Counted from the stretch's first letter, positions 18,585-28,908 are shown. The stretch is DNA of 64,000 nt from Desulfatiglandales bacterium (GCA_963667015.2 CAXXJJ010000004.1:992001-1056000); one strand, 5' to 3'. The notes: generated by a model from the letters alone, not told the origin. Made by a program: numbers and translations.

Positions 18585-20273
18585 TTACCTGTTCTTTATT
18601 ATTGCCCCCTCATCAGCAGATGAGGCGAGTCTTGAATAGATATTCAGATATCCCTTCTTCACCTTTGGTGCAGGAGGAACCCAGCTCTCAAGCCTTGCAT
18701 TTATCTCCTCGTCCGAAACATGAAGGTGAATGCTGTTCCGTATTACATCAACAGTTATCTCATCACCGTCTTTTACAATTGCAATAGGCCCGCCCTCTGC
18801 TGCCTCGGGAGAAATATGCCCGACAAAACAGCCGTTGTTAGTGCCCGAAAAACGACCATCAGTGATAACTGCCGAAGATTTATTAAGCCCCATGCCGTTA
18901 AGATATTTTAGAGACCGGTACATCTCAACCATGCCGGGCCCGCCCTTGGGACCTTCATACCTTATAACAACCACATTTCCGGGTTTTATCTTCTTTGAAA
19001 GAATGGCCTTTACTGCATCCGCATCAGAATCAAATACAACTGCTGACCCCCTGAAATTCCAAACGGCTGGATCAATGGCAGCAGGTTTACTTATTGCGGT
19101 TTTTGGTGCCAGGTTTCCTCTTAAGACAGCAACACCGCCTGATTTTGAAAACGGCTCTTCAAGGGAGCGGATGACTTCCCGGTTTTCGGGAAAGACAAAG
19201 GAAAAGTCTGATATGTTTTCTTTCATTCTCTTTCCGGTGCAGGTAATCTCATTCATATTTAAAAGCGGCTGAAGATTTTTTATTACCCTGGGTATTCCTC
19301 CGGCCTTCCAGAAGGTCTCCATATCATTCACTCCTGCAGGATTCACCCTTGCAATGGTTGGAGTAGATTTGCTGAACTCGTCAAAAAGCTCCAGTACATC
19401 AATATCAAGTTCAGCTTCATAGGCAAGGGCGGTCAGATGAAGTATGGCATTTGTAGAGCCTCCGATAGCCAGACATACCCTTATAGCATTTTTAATGGCA
19501 TCAGCAGTTATTACATCACATGTGGTTACACTATTTCTGACGAGTTCACATATCTTTTCTCCTGACTTTTCCGCCAGCCTGAGTCTCCCGGCATATACAG
19601 CCGGGACACCTGAACTGTCAGGGAGGCTCATACCCATTGCCTCTGTAAGGCAGCACATCGTGTTTGCAGTGCCCATAAATGAACATGAGCCACATGTTGG
19701 GCAGGAAAGGTTTTCTACATTTTTATATTCCTTTTCAGATATTTTATGGGATTTTAACATCCCGAGGGCTTCTGAAACCGAGGTGGAGTCAGATTTTTTT
19801 CCATTAAACTCTATTCCGCCCAGCATAGGGCCGCTGTTTACAACAATGGCAGGTATGTTAACCCTTGCCGCACCCATGAGCATACCGGGTACAATCTTAT
19901 CGCATGAGGCCATGAGTACAAGGCCGTCAAAGGGATTTGAATTGGCCATGATTTCTATTGAATCAGCTATTACCTCCCGTGACGGCAAAACATAATTGAA
20001 ATAATTTTTAGCAATGGCATCACAAAGGCCGATCACACCGAATTCAAAGGCTGTTCCTCCTGCACGGTGTATACCTTTAATCACCTGTTCACTGAGCTGC
20101 CGGAAATTGAAATGCCCGGGGATTACGGTACTCCAGGAGTTTGCCACACCGATAACCGGTCTTCCGGAATCGAGATCATCATCGGAATATCCCATGCCTT
20201 TAATAACATTTCTAATATCCGCATTTTCCTGTCCGGAAAGAGATTCAATGCTTTTAAATTTATTTTTATTCAT
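18585..20273 (-). CDS. IlvD/Edd family dehydratase (dihydroxy-acid or sugar-acid dehydratase)
   Basis: CDKIVPG, CGSCSFMGTANTM, GGSTN, YEGPKGGPGM, TDGRFSG, GHISPEA. Start set at MNKNKF. Confidence 0.92.
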   Translation of the reverse strand: MNKNKFKSIESLSGQENADIRNVIKGMGYSDDDLDSGRPVIGVANSWSTVIPGHFNFRQLSEQVIKGIHRAGGTAFEFGVIGLCDAIAKNYFNYVLPSREVIADSIEIMANSNPFDGLVLMASCDKIVPGMLMGAARVNIPAIVVNSGPMLGGIEFNGKKSDSTSVSEALGMLKSHKISEKEYKNVENLSCPTCGSCSFMGTANTMCCLTEAMGMSLPDSSGVPAVYAGRLRLAEKSGEKICELVRNSVTTCDVITADAIKNAIRVCLAIGGSTNAILHLTALAYEAELDIDVLELFDEFSKSTPTIARVNPAGVNDMETFWKAGGIPRVIKNLQPLLNMNEITCTGKRMKENISDFSFVFPENREVIRSLEEPFSKSGGVAVLRGNLAPKTAISKPAAIDPAVWNFRGSAVVFDSDADAVKAILSKKIKPGNVVVIRYEGPKGGPGMVEMYRSLKYLNGMGLNKSSAVITDGRFSGTNNGCFVGHISPEAAEGGPIAIVKDGDEITVDVIRNSIHLHVSDEEINARLESWVPPAPKVKKGYLNIYSRLASSADEGAIIKNR

Positions 20274-20295
20274 TACAGTAAACCTTAAACCGCTA

Positions 20296-21460
20296 TTAAA
20301 CATAATTACACACCCGACTAATAACCGTTTCGGTAAACCCGAATCCATATACTTCGGCCTTTGTCATTTTACCATTCGCAACAGCAACTATTTCCCTGAA
20401 AAGTTCTTCGCCAAGATTATCTATGGATATCTTTCCCTCAAGGGCACTGCTCATATCAAAATCAATGTTGTCATACATCTTTATATATGTGTTTTTATTT
20501 GCTGTTGCCTTAATTACCGGAGCTACAGGATTCCCTACCGGGTTCCCCCGTCCTGTCGTAAAGAGTACTATCTGGCATCCACCGGCCACCTTTGCGGTTA
20601 CGGACAGGACATCATATCCGGGAGTATCCATGATAACAAGGCCTTTACCTGTCGGCATGTCACCGTATTCTAAAACTTCCATCACGGGAGTGGTCCCTCC
20701 CTTGTGTATACATCCAGGGATTTCTCCTCAAGAGTTGATAGCCCCCCTTCCCTGTTACCCGGGAAGGCTGGGCTGACCTTACATCTTCACCTATACGTTC
20801 AAGGTCCTTTTCAAGCCTGTTCACAATACCAAATATCTTTTTTTTAACTTCAGGATTAACAGCCCTTTTCGCCAGCAGATGTTCTGCGCCTATTATCTCA
20901 GGGGTTTCGCTGAACATTGCAGTTCCACCCATGCTTATAAGTATATCACTTGCCTTTCCTGCTACCGGATTGGCTATTAAACCAGATGTCGAATCCGATC
21001 CTCCGCATTCAAGACCCAGGATAAGATTGGAAATGTCAAAGGAATCCCTTCTGCATTGTGATGCCCTGATAATAAAATCACTGACAATCCTTATACCTTT
21101 ATTGATTGTATTAAGAGTGCCGCCTTCCTCCTGAATAAGTAAAACCTCCACTGGCTTTTTTGTCTTCTTCCGTATATGCGATACCATTTCATCTGCTACA
21201 TTCAATTCACAGCCGAGACCGACAAGAAGAACCGCATAAACATTGGGATTGGCCGCAAGACCAGAGAGTATCTTCTGTGTAATTTTAAGGTTTGCTGCAA
21301 CCTCACCGCAGCCGTTCTGGTTTACCATGCTTACGGCCCCGGGAAGATTCTCTGTCATGATTCTGCACGTTTCGTTTGCACAGGCGACTGTGGGCATAAT
21401 GAGTACATGATTCCTTACGCCTATTCTTCCGTCTTCTCTTTCATATCCCATAAATTCCAT
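20296..21460 (-). CDS. UxaA/GarD/SuyB-family dehydratase or sulfo-lyase large subunit, with two frameshifts near 20760 and 20714
   Basis: GYEREDGRIGVRNH, GLGCE, LECGGSD, FSETPE, FTTGRG. Restoring one C and one G gives the conserved PSPGNREGGLSTLEEKSLG. Confidence 0.88.
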
Positions 21461-21463
21461 ATA

Positions 21464-21757
21464 TCATCCTTTTAATGCAGGGCTTATGATATTGTGGTCG
21501 TGCACATGACTCCCTCTTGCTATATCGGTAATGGCCTTTCCTATTACCTGACCGTATTTTAAAACATGAGCATCCTTTTCAATATCAGTTACTGCAGCCT
21601 TATGAAAAACAGGAATATTCTCAATGACATTCAATTCAGCAAGCTCATCTCCTCTTTGAAAAATCACAACACTGTTCATCTCAATATCAGTAAGAACAGT
21701 TACAACATTATCATCTTTATGTATAAGGATAGCATTTATGCCGGATTTCATATCCAC
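21464..21757 (-). CDS. UxaA/SuyA-family SAF-domain small subunit
   Basis: DDNVV, IPVFHKAA, LKYGQVIG, GSHVHDHN. Confidence 0.9.
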   Translation of the reverse strand: MDMKSGINAILIHKDDNVVTVLTDIEMNSVVIFQRGDELAELNVIENIPVFHKAAVTDIEKDAHVLKYGQVIGKAITDIARGSHVHDHNIISPALKG

Positions 21758-21775
21758 CTGCTATGAATGATTAAT

Positions 21776-23066
21776 TTACTGTAATTCAGGAATAATAACT
21801 CCCCCGGAAGGGACAATGTTAACCGAAGGATTTTTCACATACTGTTCACTGATCGCAAACGCATTCTCGATTGTATTGGCATGAATAAATCCCAGCTTCT
21901 CAGCATCTTCACGCGGGATCTCCTTTGAAAACAGGATCACCCTGTAGCTGTCAATGGCAAGTATTACCTGTGCCAGAGACATGTTTAATTCAGGTGCTCC
22001 GTCCTTTATGATACGCCGGTTATTGTCAAAACAATCCAAAAGAGCTTTACTGAGGTTGCCTTTATTCTTTTCCCGGAAGCCCTTGCATGCATTGAGATAT
22101 TCAGGCAGAAACCGTGAATTACACCTGCCTGAAAGAATAATAACACCAGATTTCTTTGTAATAATGGATGCAGGCTCCAGGGGCTTCATGAGTTGAGTTG
22201 CCTGGGTATAGGGAAAGGCGCTTATAATGGTAACATCCGACTGCTGATTAATTTTTTTAGTTATTATTTCCCTGCATATGCCTGCACCGGTCCTGTGTGC
22301 TGTAATGGGATTGCCTGCCACAACACTGTACAGGTTATCATTGTGATCAAGCACACTGTTAATAATAAAATCAAGTTTACCCGCCACCGCCATGGATGAT
22401 GTTTCCCGGTAGGAAGAATTTTTCTCCAGACGTCCGAGGGTCATATCTCTGAAGGCATATTTTAGATGGTGTTCCAGGATGGCATCAAAATTTGATACAC
22501 CGGGGAAGAGTATCTTTCCGCCACCGCCAAAGCCATTGAGGGGATGGGGGAAAATGGAACCTATACCTATCCTGAAATCCGCTTCATATGCCAGTCTGTT
22601 TATCTTTACAGGCGTGCCGGATTCCAGTTTACCGATCGGAACAAGATCATGTGCCCTGCAGTCATGATTGGAGAAGCTGTACCTCCTGACAATATCACTG
22701 CCATAGGTATGTTCAAGCTCTTCTTCGGATAAAGGCTTGTGTGTCCCCAGTGCAACTATTATTGAAATATTACCGGGTGAAATCGACAGGCTTTCGAGAT
22801 GATCAAGCAATATCCTTAATATATGTTTTTTGGGTGAATTTCGTGTATTGTCTTCAATGAGTATTGCGACCTTATCGGAAGATGTCAGGGAATCATCAAG
22901 AGTTGCAGCATCAATGGGCTCATTTACAGCATTGCCGACAATTTCTTCTATTTCATTTATGACAGTATGATCTTCAAAGGATGCCAGGGTAATAACATTC
23001 CATGAGTCAGGGACATTGAAAATACAGCTTTTCATGCCCGTATCTGATAAACAGTTGTTCGTTCAT
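21776..23066 (-). CDS. LarA-family nickel-pincer 2-hydroxyacid racemase/epimerase; true start probably ATG 23066, with a frameshift near 23020
   Basis: EDNTR, ALGTH, PHPLNGFGGGGK and EHH match LarA catalytic and cofactor residues. The upstream frame reads MNEQLFIRYGHEKLYF, a typical LarA start. Confidence 0.85.
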
Positions 23067-23082
23067 TTGAGACACCTTAAAC

Positions 23083-23105
23083 GGGCAGGCCGTAAAGGCC
23101 TGCTC
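23083..23105. terminator. GC-rich hairpin between the Fe-ADH and LarA genes
   Basis: gggcaggcc-gtaaa-ggcctgctc. Confidence 0.4.
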
Positions 23106-23119
23106 CATAAAAAAATATA

Positions 23120-24343
23120 TTAATATGGTGCATCAAGAAGATTCTTTAAAAGATCCCTTACCTCATCTTCAACCAGTTCCTTGGGATTACCCTGACTGCA
23201 GAAGTCGTTCGCATAAATCTTTACTACATGATCAATATCTTCCTCTTTAAATCCGAACTGTTCGGTCAGATACCCGGGCTGGATCCCGACATCCCTGAGG
23301 AGCAGTTCCATCTCAACAAACCATCGGTCAGCCATTTCAAGTTGAGACATTCCCATTGTATCAATCCCCATGGCCTGGGTCATTGCAGCAAATCTCTCCA
23401 TAGCAGCCGGCTGATTGTATCTTTCGGCGGCAAGAACCAGGACCCCATTAACATGCCCGTGATGACAGTCAGTGACAGCGCTTATCTGATGACCAAGCCC
23501 ATGCACTATACCTGCCCCTGCACCGAAACCGATAGCAATACCCCCCATGGTTGTGGCCCAGGTCATTTTTTCACATGCTTCCCGATCCATCCGGTTATAT
23601 GTAAATTCTCTTAAATTTTTATAAATCAGTTCAATCGCCCTTAAAAGAATGCCATAGGAATAGGGACTTTGAACCTTGGTAAGAAATGCTTCAAAACCAT
23701 GGGCCATGGCATCAAAGCCTGTCCATGCCGCAAGTTTTTGGGGCTGAAGCCTTATAAACAGAGGATCAATAACAGCGACTGTTGAATGTATATTTGGAGC
23801 CCCGACAAGTACCTTGGCCTTTTCTTTTGTGTTGCTGATTGCAGCCCATGATGTGACTTCAGCACCGGTACCGGAGGTTGTTGGAACAGATATTTGAGGG
23901 ATTACGCAGGGATTCAGTTTTGCGAGTGTTTCCATCCATGGCGGGTCCAGCTTTGCGACAAAATTATCTACATCCTTACCGCCGTTTGCATCAATAACCC
24001 TGATACATTTTCCCACATCAATGGAACTGCCTCCTCCGACAGCAACTATTCCATCACATTCCGCATCCTTGAAAACCTTATAGGCATTCATTATTTCATG
24101 GTCTTTGGGATTCGAGGTTATGCCGTCAAACACTTCATATGAAATCCCTCCATTATTCAGAATTCCTTTAACCTCATCGATAATACCTGTTCCCTGAAGC
24201 CCTGAGGTAGTTATCAAGGCCTTTTTTATACCACTTGCTTTACACTCATCAGCAATTGTTTCATAAGCTCCCCATCCCAGGGCAATCCTTGGAATGGGAT
24301 TTGTATAAAGAATAGGAAATTGATAAATACTTTTATTAAACAT
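23120..24343 (-). CDS. Iron-containing alcohol dehydrogenase
   Basis: GGGSSID, PTTSGTGAE, DAMAHGFE, HGLGH, HHGH. Confidence 0.93.
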   Translation of the reverse strand: MFNKSIYQFPILYTNPIPRIALGWGAYETIADECKASGIKKALITTSGLQGTGIIDEVKGILNNGGISYEVFDGITSNPKDHEIMNAYKVFKDAECDGIVAVGGGSSIDVGKCIRVIDANGGKDVDNFVAKLDPPWMETLAKLNPCVIPQISVPTTSGTGAEVTSWAAISNTKEKAKVLVGAPNIHSTVAVIDPLFIRLQPQKLAAWTGFDAMAHGFEAFLTKVQSPYSYGILLRAIELIYKNLREFTYNRMDREACEKMTWATTMGGIAIGFGAGAGIVHGLGHQISAVTDCHHGHVNGVLVLAAERYNQPAAMERFAAMTQAMGIDTMGMSQLEMADRWFVEMELLLRDVGIQPGYLTEQFGFKEEDIDHVVKIYANDFCSQGNPKELVEDEVRDLLKNLLDAPY

Positions 24344-24390
24344 GCTGTCCCTCCTTTTTTAGGCTTTTTCATAGATGAGTTATTCTATTA

Positions 24391-24843
24391 TCAGCACTTT
24401 ATATTGTGCATGCTTTCAGCCAGCATCATTACTTCATCTGTCTGTTTAGCAATCTCTATTCTAAGTCTTTTAAGTTCGGCAAGTTCCTGACGGGTTATCT
24501 TTCCATCCTTTATGGTCTCCTTTATAGACTCGGAAAGATGTGAAACAGCAAGAAAAATATCGTTAACCTCTTTTTCAAAATTACTCGTTATCTCCTCAGA
24601 AGCGGGCTTCTTGTATAATATCCATCCATCAGGCTCAAGAAACGCCTTGATATCAGGATCACCTGTAGCTTCAACTGCGGCCCGTATAAAATCCAGGTTT
24701 ATCTTTATTCGACCGTAAAGGCAGTCATATACGGTCTGTTGAGATTTACCCAGAATATTAGCCATTTTTTGAACAGCCTGTTTGTTCTCTTTTCTGCCTG
24801 TAATTATCCTGTGAATTTCCGATGCAATTTCTTCAAATTCCAT
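24391..24843 (-). CDS. HTH protein resembling the phage regulatory CII/YmfL family
   Basis: N-terminal HTH (VQKMANILGKSQQTVYD) and C-terminal IKDGKITRQE motif. Confidence 0.55.
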   Translation of the reverse strand: MEFEEIASEIHRIITGRKENKQAVQKMANILGKSQQTVYDCLYGRIKINLDFIRAAVEATGDPDIKAFLEPDGWILYKKPASEEITSNFEKEVNDIFLAVSHLSESIKETIKDGKITRQELAELKRLRIEIAKQTDEVMMLAESMHNIKC

Positions 24844-24884
24844 TTTATCCTCCCTGAATACTGGAACAGCTATGCGCCAGAATA

Positions 24885-26177
24885 TTATATATTCTGAGCA
24901 TAAGGTCTGTCAGGTTTTTTTATAAAAAGCATCAAGACTGTAGCAGCTACCAGAACAAAAATAGAAACAACCCAGACAGAAATATAACTGCCTGTCAGAT
25001 CCTTTATTCTACCGGTAACCGGAGCGCCTAAAGACCCGAATATGGTTGTAAATGGAATAGCAAAACCTCTGATACTGCCAATATTTTTGGAGCCAAAATA
25101 GTTTGGCCAGAGTGTATTAGTAGATACCATAAAACTTGATGCTGCGACACCATAAAGTGATGTTGCCAGAAAAATATCAAACTCTGTTCTCACATGAATG
25201 GTAACAACGAAAACTAGAATACAGGCAACAAGTGATGAAGCAACTACATGTCTTGCAGGAAAATGATCCATCGCCATCCCGGTAAGTACCGCTATAATGG
25301 CTGATACAATTGCCTCCACAGATATGGCAAATGAAACAAGCATGGGTGAAAATCCTGACTCTATATAATAGGGTATTCTGAAGACGTTCAGCGTGCTCGT
25401 TGCCAGCATCCTTAGCCCCATTATCAATATCAGTCCCCAGAATGCAAATGAACGCAAAGCCTGTTCACGTGTCCAGGAACATTCATCTGATTCGTTATTG
25501 GTTTCATTTTCTTCCGTCTTTTTGCCTGTGCCAGCCTCGTCAGGTATCAGACCATCAGGATAAAGCCCCATTGAAGCCGGCTCCTTCCTGATAACTGCGA
25601 TTGCGATAATAAAAATAACAAGGCAACTACCGCACCCTATAACACGCCAGGCAAAACGCCAGTCTATATACAGGATAGTCGCCTGTATTAGCGGAGTAAA
25701 GATTAATAGTCCAAGCGTTGTCCCGAAAAATGATATGGACATTGCCCTGCCCCTTTTTCTGATAAACCATCGGGATAAAGGGACACTCTGGTACAGGTTT
25801 CCGCCGCCCCCCTCCAGGCCTATCATTCCGCTTAAAAAAACAAGGGCCACAAGCTGCCACCCTGTCTGAAGCATGGAAAGCCCAGCCATAATCATAAGCA
25901 TTATAATGGAAGATACGGCCATTGGAATACGTGCGCCATATCTATCAAGCATACGTCCAATAAACCAGCTAGATAATGAAAAACCGATGAGCCTTGCTGT
26001 CTGAGACCATCCTATATATTGCTGGCTGATTCCAAGTTCATCGTGCAGGGGGCGCACAAAGAGTCCGAGGTTCATACCGCCCATTCCAACAGATACCATA
26101 CTTATGGTGGCCAGTCCGGCTACTATGTACCAGCCATAAAACAATCCTTTTTTCTTTTGATATGATTTTAAATTCAT
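24885..26177 (-). CDS. MFS transporter
   Basis: FYGWYIV, GRMLDRYGAR, WFIRKRGRAM, about 12 hydrophobic helices. Confidence 0.93.
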   Translation of the reverse strand: MNLKSYQKKKGLFYGWYIVAGLATISMVSVGMGGMNLGLFVRPLHDELGISQQYIGWSQTARLIGFSLSSWFIGRMLDRYGARIPMAVSSIIMLMIMAGLSMLQTGWQLVALVFLSGMIGLEGGGGNLYQSVPLSRWFIRKRGRAMSISFFGTTLGLLIFTPLIQATILYIDWRFAWRVIGCGSCLVIFIIAIAVIRKEPASMGLYPDGLIPDEAGTGKKTEENETNNESDECSWTREQALRSFAFWGLILIMGLRMLATSTLNVFRIPYYIESGFSPMLVSFAISVEAIVSAIIAVLTGMAMDHFPARHVVASSLVACILVFVVTIHVRTEFDIFLATSLYGVAASSFMVSTNTLWPNYFGSKNIGSIRGFAIPFTTIFGSLGAPVTGRIKDLTGSYISVWVVSIFVLVAATVLMLFIKKPDRPYAQNI

Positions 26178-26368
26178 TTATAACTCTTTGGACTTCAATA
26201 TTAAGGTCAGTTTTCATGCTATTTACTCTTTTTATTCAAATGCCCAACTAATGTATTAATATCTTTTATGTAGATTTAAGTCATCAGATATTTTTTTATT
26301 CTGCTTCATATCCTGTATTGATTAATATTATTTAATACTTATATTCAGAAAAATTAAGGAGGACTTTT

Positions 26369-26569
26369 ATGCCGATCTATGAATATAAGTGTAATAATTG
26401 CGGAAACTGTTTTGAGCAGCTTGTGTTTAATTCAGAAGATGAAAAAGATATTAACTGCAAAAAATGCGGTGGCCAGGAAATAAAAAAGGTTATATCCTCT
26501 TTCGCATGCATAAGCCAGGGAGGAGAACCCAGTCTTTCCGGGTGCTCATCAAACAACGGATTTTCATGA
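26369..26569 (+). CDS. FmdB-family zinc-ribbon protein; its UGA may be selenocysteine, extending the ORF to TAA 26578
   Basis: MPIYEYKCNNCG...CKKCG. Ends GFS-TGA-GCT-GAT-TAA with a hairpin just downstream. Confidence 0.88.
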   Translation: MPIYEYKCNNCGNCFEQLVFNSEDEKDINCKKCGGQEIKKVISSFACISQGGEPSLSGCSSNNGFS

Positions 26570-26605
26570 GCTGATTAATATTTGTGACCGTGAGTCATAT
26601 AAAAA

Positions 26606-26630
26606 AGGGATTCACTAAAGGTGAATCCCT
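26606..26630. terminator. Intrinsic terminator-like hairpin, possibly bidirectional
   Basis: Perfect 10-bp stem agggattcac/gtgaatccct, with an A-run on the left and gtattttt on the right. Confidence 0.65.
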
Positions 26631-26655
26631 GTATTTTTAATAAAAGGATTAAAAA

Positions 26656-26793
26656 ATGGAGATAATCTGGTTTATATTGATAATAGCTGCCTACTTTCTG
26701 CTTCAGGGTGTCATCCTGCCCAAACTTGGGATATCGACCTGAATGAGAGAAAGTTGCCAGGTTGGCAAAAAAAACAGCAATACCAAAAAGTAA
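26656..26793 (+). CDS. Candidate 45-aa membrane selenoprotein MEIIWFILIIAAYFLLQGVILPKLGIST-U-MRESCQVGKKNSNTKK (not in the ORF track)
   Basis: AAAGGA RBS, ATG 26656, one TM helix, in-frame TGA at 26740-26742, Cys five residues later, SECIS-like hairpin, TAA at 26791-26793. Confidence 0.65.
26754..26768 (+). promoter_or_regulatory. Bacterial SECIS-like stem-loop
   Basis: TTGCCA-GGT-TGGCAA begins exactly 11 nt after the in-frame UGA. Confidence 0.6.
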
Positions 26794-26795
26794 CG

Positions 26796-27401
26796 TTAGA
26801 CAGTAATATTCTGTCCGGAACCGAGATCTGAAGAAAAGGACGTAACAAGCCTTTCATCATCCTCTCCGGTTATGTTCTGTTTTATGCTATCAGCAGTAAT
26901 TTGAATTGCCGCATCAAGCATTTCTTCACTGAATCTCTTTTTTGCTGACAGCATTTTAAATTCTGATTCTTTTTTTGCGTCACTTACCATTTTATCTGCA
27001 ATGGCCTTCGCCTTTTCTATAATACTTTCCTTTTCTCTGGCCCCGGCAGCAATTATACTTTCAGTAATGTTTATCAGATTGTCATCAAGATTCTTAAGTT
27101 TATCTGATTCTGCCTCCATACTGGATCTTGCTTCCTGAACATTCGCCTCAATTGTCTGCAGTTGTTCGCTTATCTTGTCCCCTTCCCCTTTAAGAAATTT
27201 TTTAAGGGGTTTCTGGGCAAATCTGACATAGATAAAAACCAGTACACCGAAATTAACAAAGAGCATTATATCGGACCACAGTTTTTCCCGATGACCTGCC
27301 TCAGCTGCATATTGTACTGTAAAATAAGCAACAGCCAGCACAGCCAGGTAGCACGCCAGGTATTTAAGCATCATACTTTTAATATTATTTTTTCCGCTCA
27401 A
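26796..27401 (-). CDS. atpF: F0F1 ATP synthase subunit b
   Basis: FVNFGVLVFI TM helix, then KPLKKFL and a long charged coiled coil. Fits the operon context. Confidence 0.85.
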   Translation of the reverse strand: MSGKNNIKSMMLKYLACYLAVLAVAYFTVQYAAEAGHREKLWSDIMLFVNFGVLVFIYVRFAQKPLKKFLKGEGDKISEQLQTIEANVQEARSSMEAESDKLKNLDDNLINITESIIAAGAREKESIIEKAKAIADKMVSDAKKESEFKMLSAKKRFSEEMLDAAIQITADSIKQNITGEDDERLVTSFSSDLGSGQNITV

Positions 27402-27829
27402 CTGGCAAACCTCCTGCCAATGACTTTTTCAGTCAATTCTTCAGCAAGACCAGAGGCAAATTTTTTAAGTGAACGACTTGCCTCCTCTATTTTGCTATCG
27501 ATTTCCCTGTCAGCTTCTTCTCGAATGGCACTGATATCGTCTTTTGCCCTGTTGAAAATTTCTTCAGCTTTTTCGCCTGCTTCTTTTTTAAGAAGACTGC
27601 TCTGCTCCGCAGCCTCTTTTCTGGCTTTCTTTTCAACTGCTACACATTTTTCAATTAGTTCTTTCGTTTCCTGCTGAAGATTGTCCAGTCTCTTTTTTTC
27701 ATCTTCAATCTTTTGGCTGCGCCTTTCTATAATATTAGATATTGGCCGCAGCAAAATGCGATTCAGAATGAACATCAGAATCAGAAAATTTATGATCTGA
27801 ACAATTAAAGTTGCATTAACGTTTATCAT
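27398..27829 (-). CDS. atpF2: F0F1 ATP synthase subunit b'
   Basis: INATLIVQIINFLILMFILNRILLRPI...ERR followed by a coiled coil. Confidence 0.88.
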   Translation of the reverse strand: MINVNATLIVQIINFLILMFILNRILLRPISNIIERRSQKIEDEKKRLDNLQQETKELIEKCVAVEKKARKEAAEQSSLLKKEAGEKAEEIFNRAKDDISAIREEADREIDSKIEEASRSLKKFASGLAEELTEKVIGRRFAS

Positions 27830-27850
27830 TGGCCGTTACCACCTTAAAAT

Positions 27851-28117
<267 letters not shown>

Positions 28118-28182
28118 CTAAAATATTTAAAATTGTAAAACCATTAATTATGTTAACGATATATAGATATCTAAAAAACCTG

Positions 28183-28908
28183 TTAAATAACAATTAAAAG
28201 GAGTGCTACTACTAAGGCATATACTCCTGTTGATTCTGTAACCGCCATACCTACAAGCATGGTTCTTGTCAGAACATCCGAGGCTTCCGGATTTCTTGAA
28301 ATCGATTTTACAGCTGCACCGGCTGCAATGCCTTCACCTATTCCGGGCCCTATTGCTCCCAGTCCGGCGGCAAGACCGGCACCAAGGATAGCTCCCCATC
28401 CGGGATAAAGCGCCATACTGGAATTATCAACAAATAAAAGAAGCAATGCGACAATCATTCCGTAAATAGCTGTTGTCTGGCATATAGCCGCGCTTACCAG
28501 CATGGTTGTCAGAAGCTTTGTACTTATTACAGGCTGTCTCACCATTCCGCGACACAATTCGCCTGCTGGAAAACCCGAACCTATTCCTGAGCCTATTGCA
28601 GCTAGCCCCATTGCCAGACCTGCCCCTATATAATTCCAGGTAACTAAATAATTGTCTGCAGGGGCCTTGGAAAAGATCAGTATTATAGCAATAACAAGGG
28701 CAAATATGGCTGCCGATTCTGCAATGGCCTGGCCGACAAGCATATTTTTTATTACCTCACCGGCTTTTTCCGGCCTGTAGGAAATAGCTTCATTGGCAAC
28801 ACCGGCTGTATATCCTTCTCCGACAGCCGCGCCAATAGCTCCAAAACCTATTGATATTCCGGCACCTATAAACATGGCAGCGTTTGTAGTGTATAAAGCT
28901 TCAAACAT
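28183..28908 (-). CDS. atpE: Triplicated F0 subunit c (three hairpins, six TM helices)
   Basis: Three GAGxxxGxxAIG repeats with loops YRPE, RQPV and RNPE, and ion sites ESAAIF, QTTAIY and ESTGVY. Confidence 0.9.
   Translation of the reverse strand: MFEALYTTNAAMFIGAGISIGFGAIGAAVGEGYTAGVANEAISYRPEKAGEVIKNMLVGQAIAESAAIFALVIAIILIFSKAPADNYLVTWNYIGAGLAMGLAAIGSGIGSGFPAGELCRGMVRQPVISTKLLTTMLVSAAICQTTAIYGMIVALLLLFVDNSSMALYPGWGAILGAGLAAGLGAIGPGIGEGIAAGAAVKSISRNPEASDVLTRTMLVGMAVTESTGVYALVVALLLIVI

Noticed and set aside
24385..24396. Cys-TGA at the end of the CII-like gene as a possible C-terminal CU selenoprotein motif
   Set aside because: TGA is followed by TAA and TAG (stacked stops), and no SECIS-like hairpin is visible downstream.
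24391..24843. Prophage around the CII-like gene
   Set aside because: No integrase, structural, replication or lysis genes nearby. Both flanks are metabolic.
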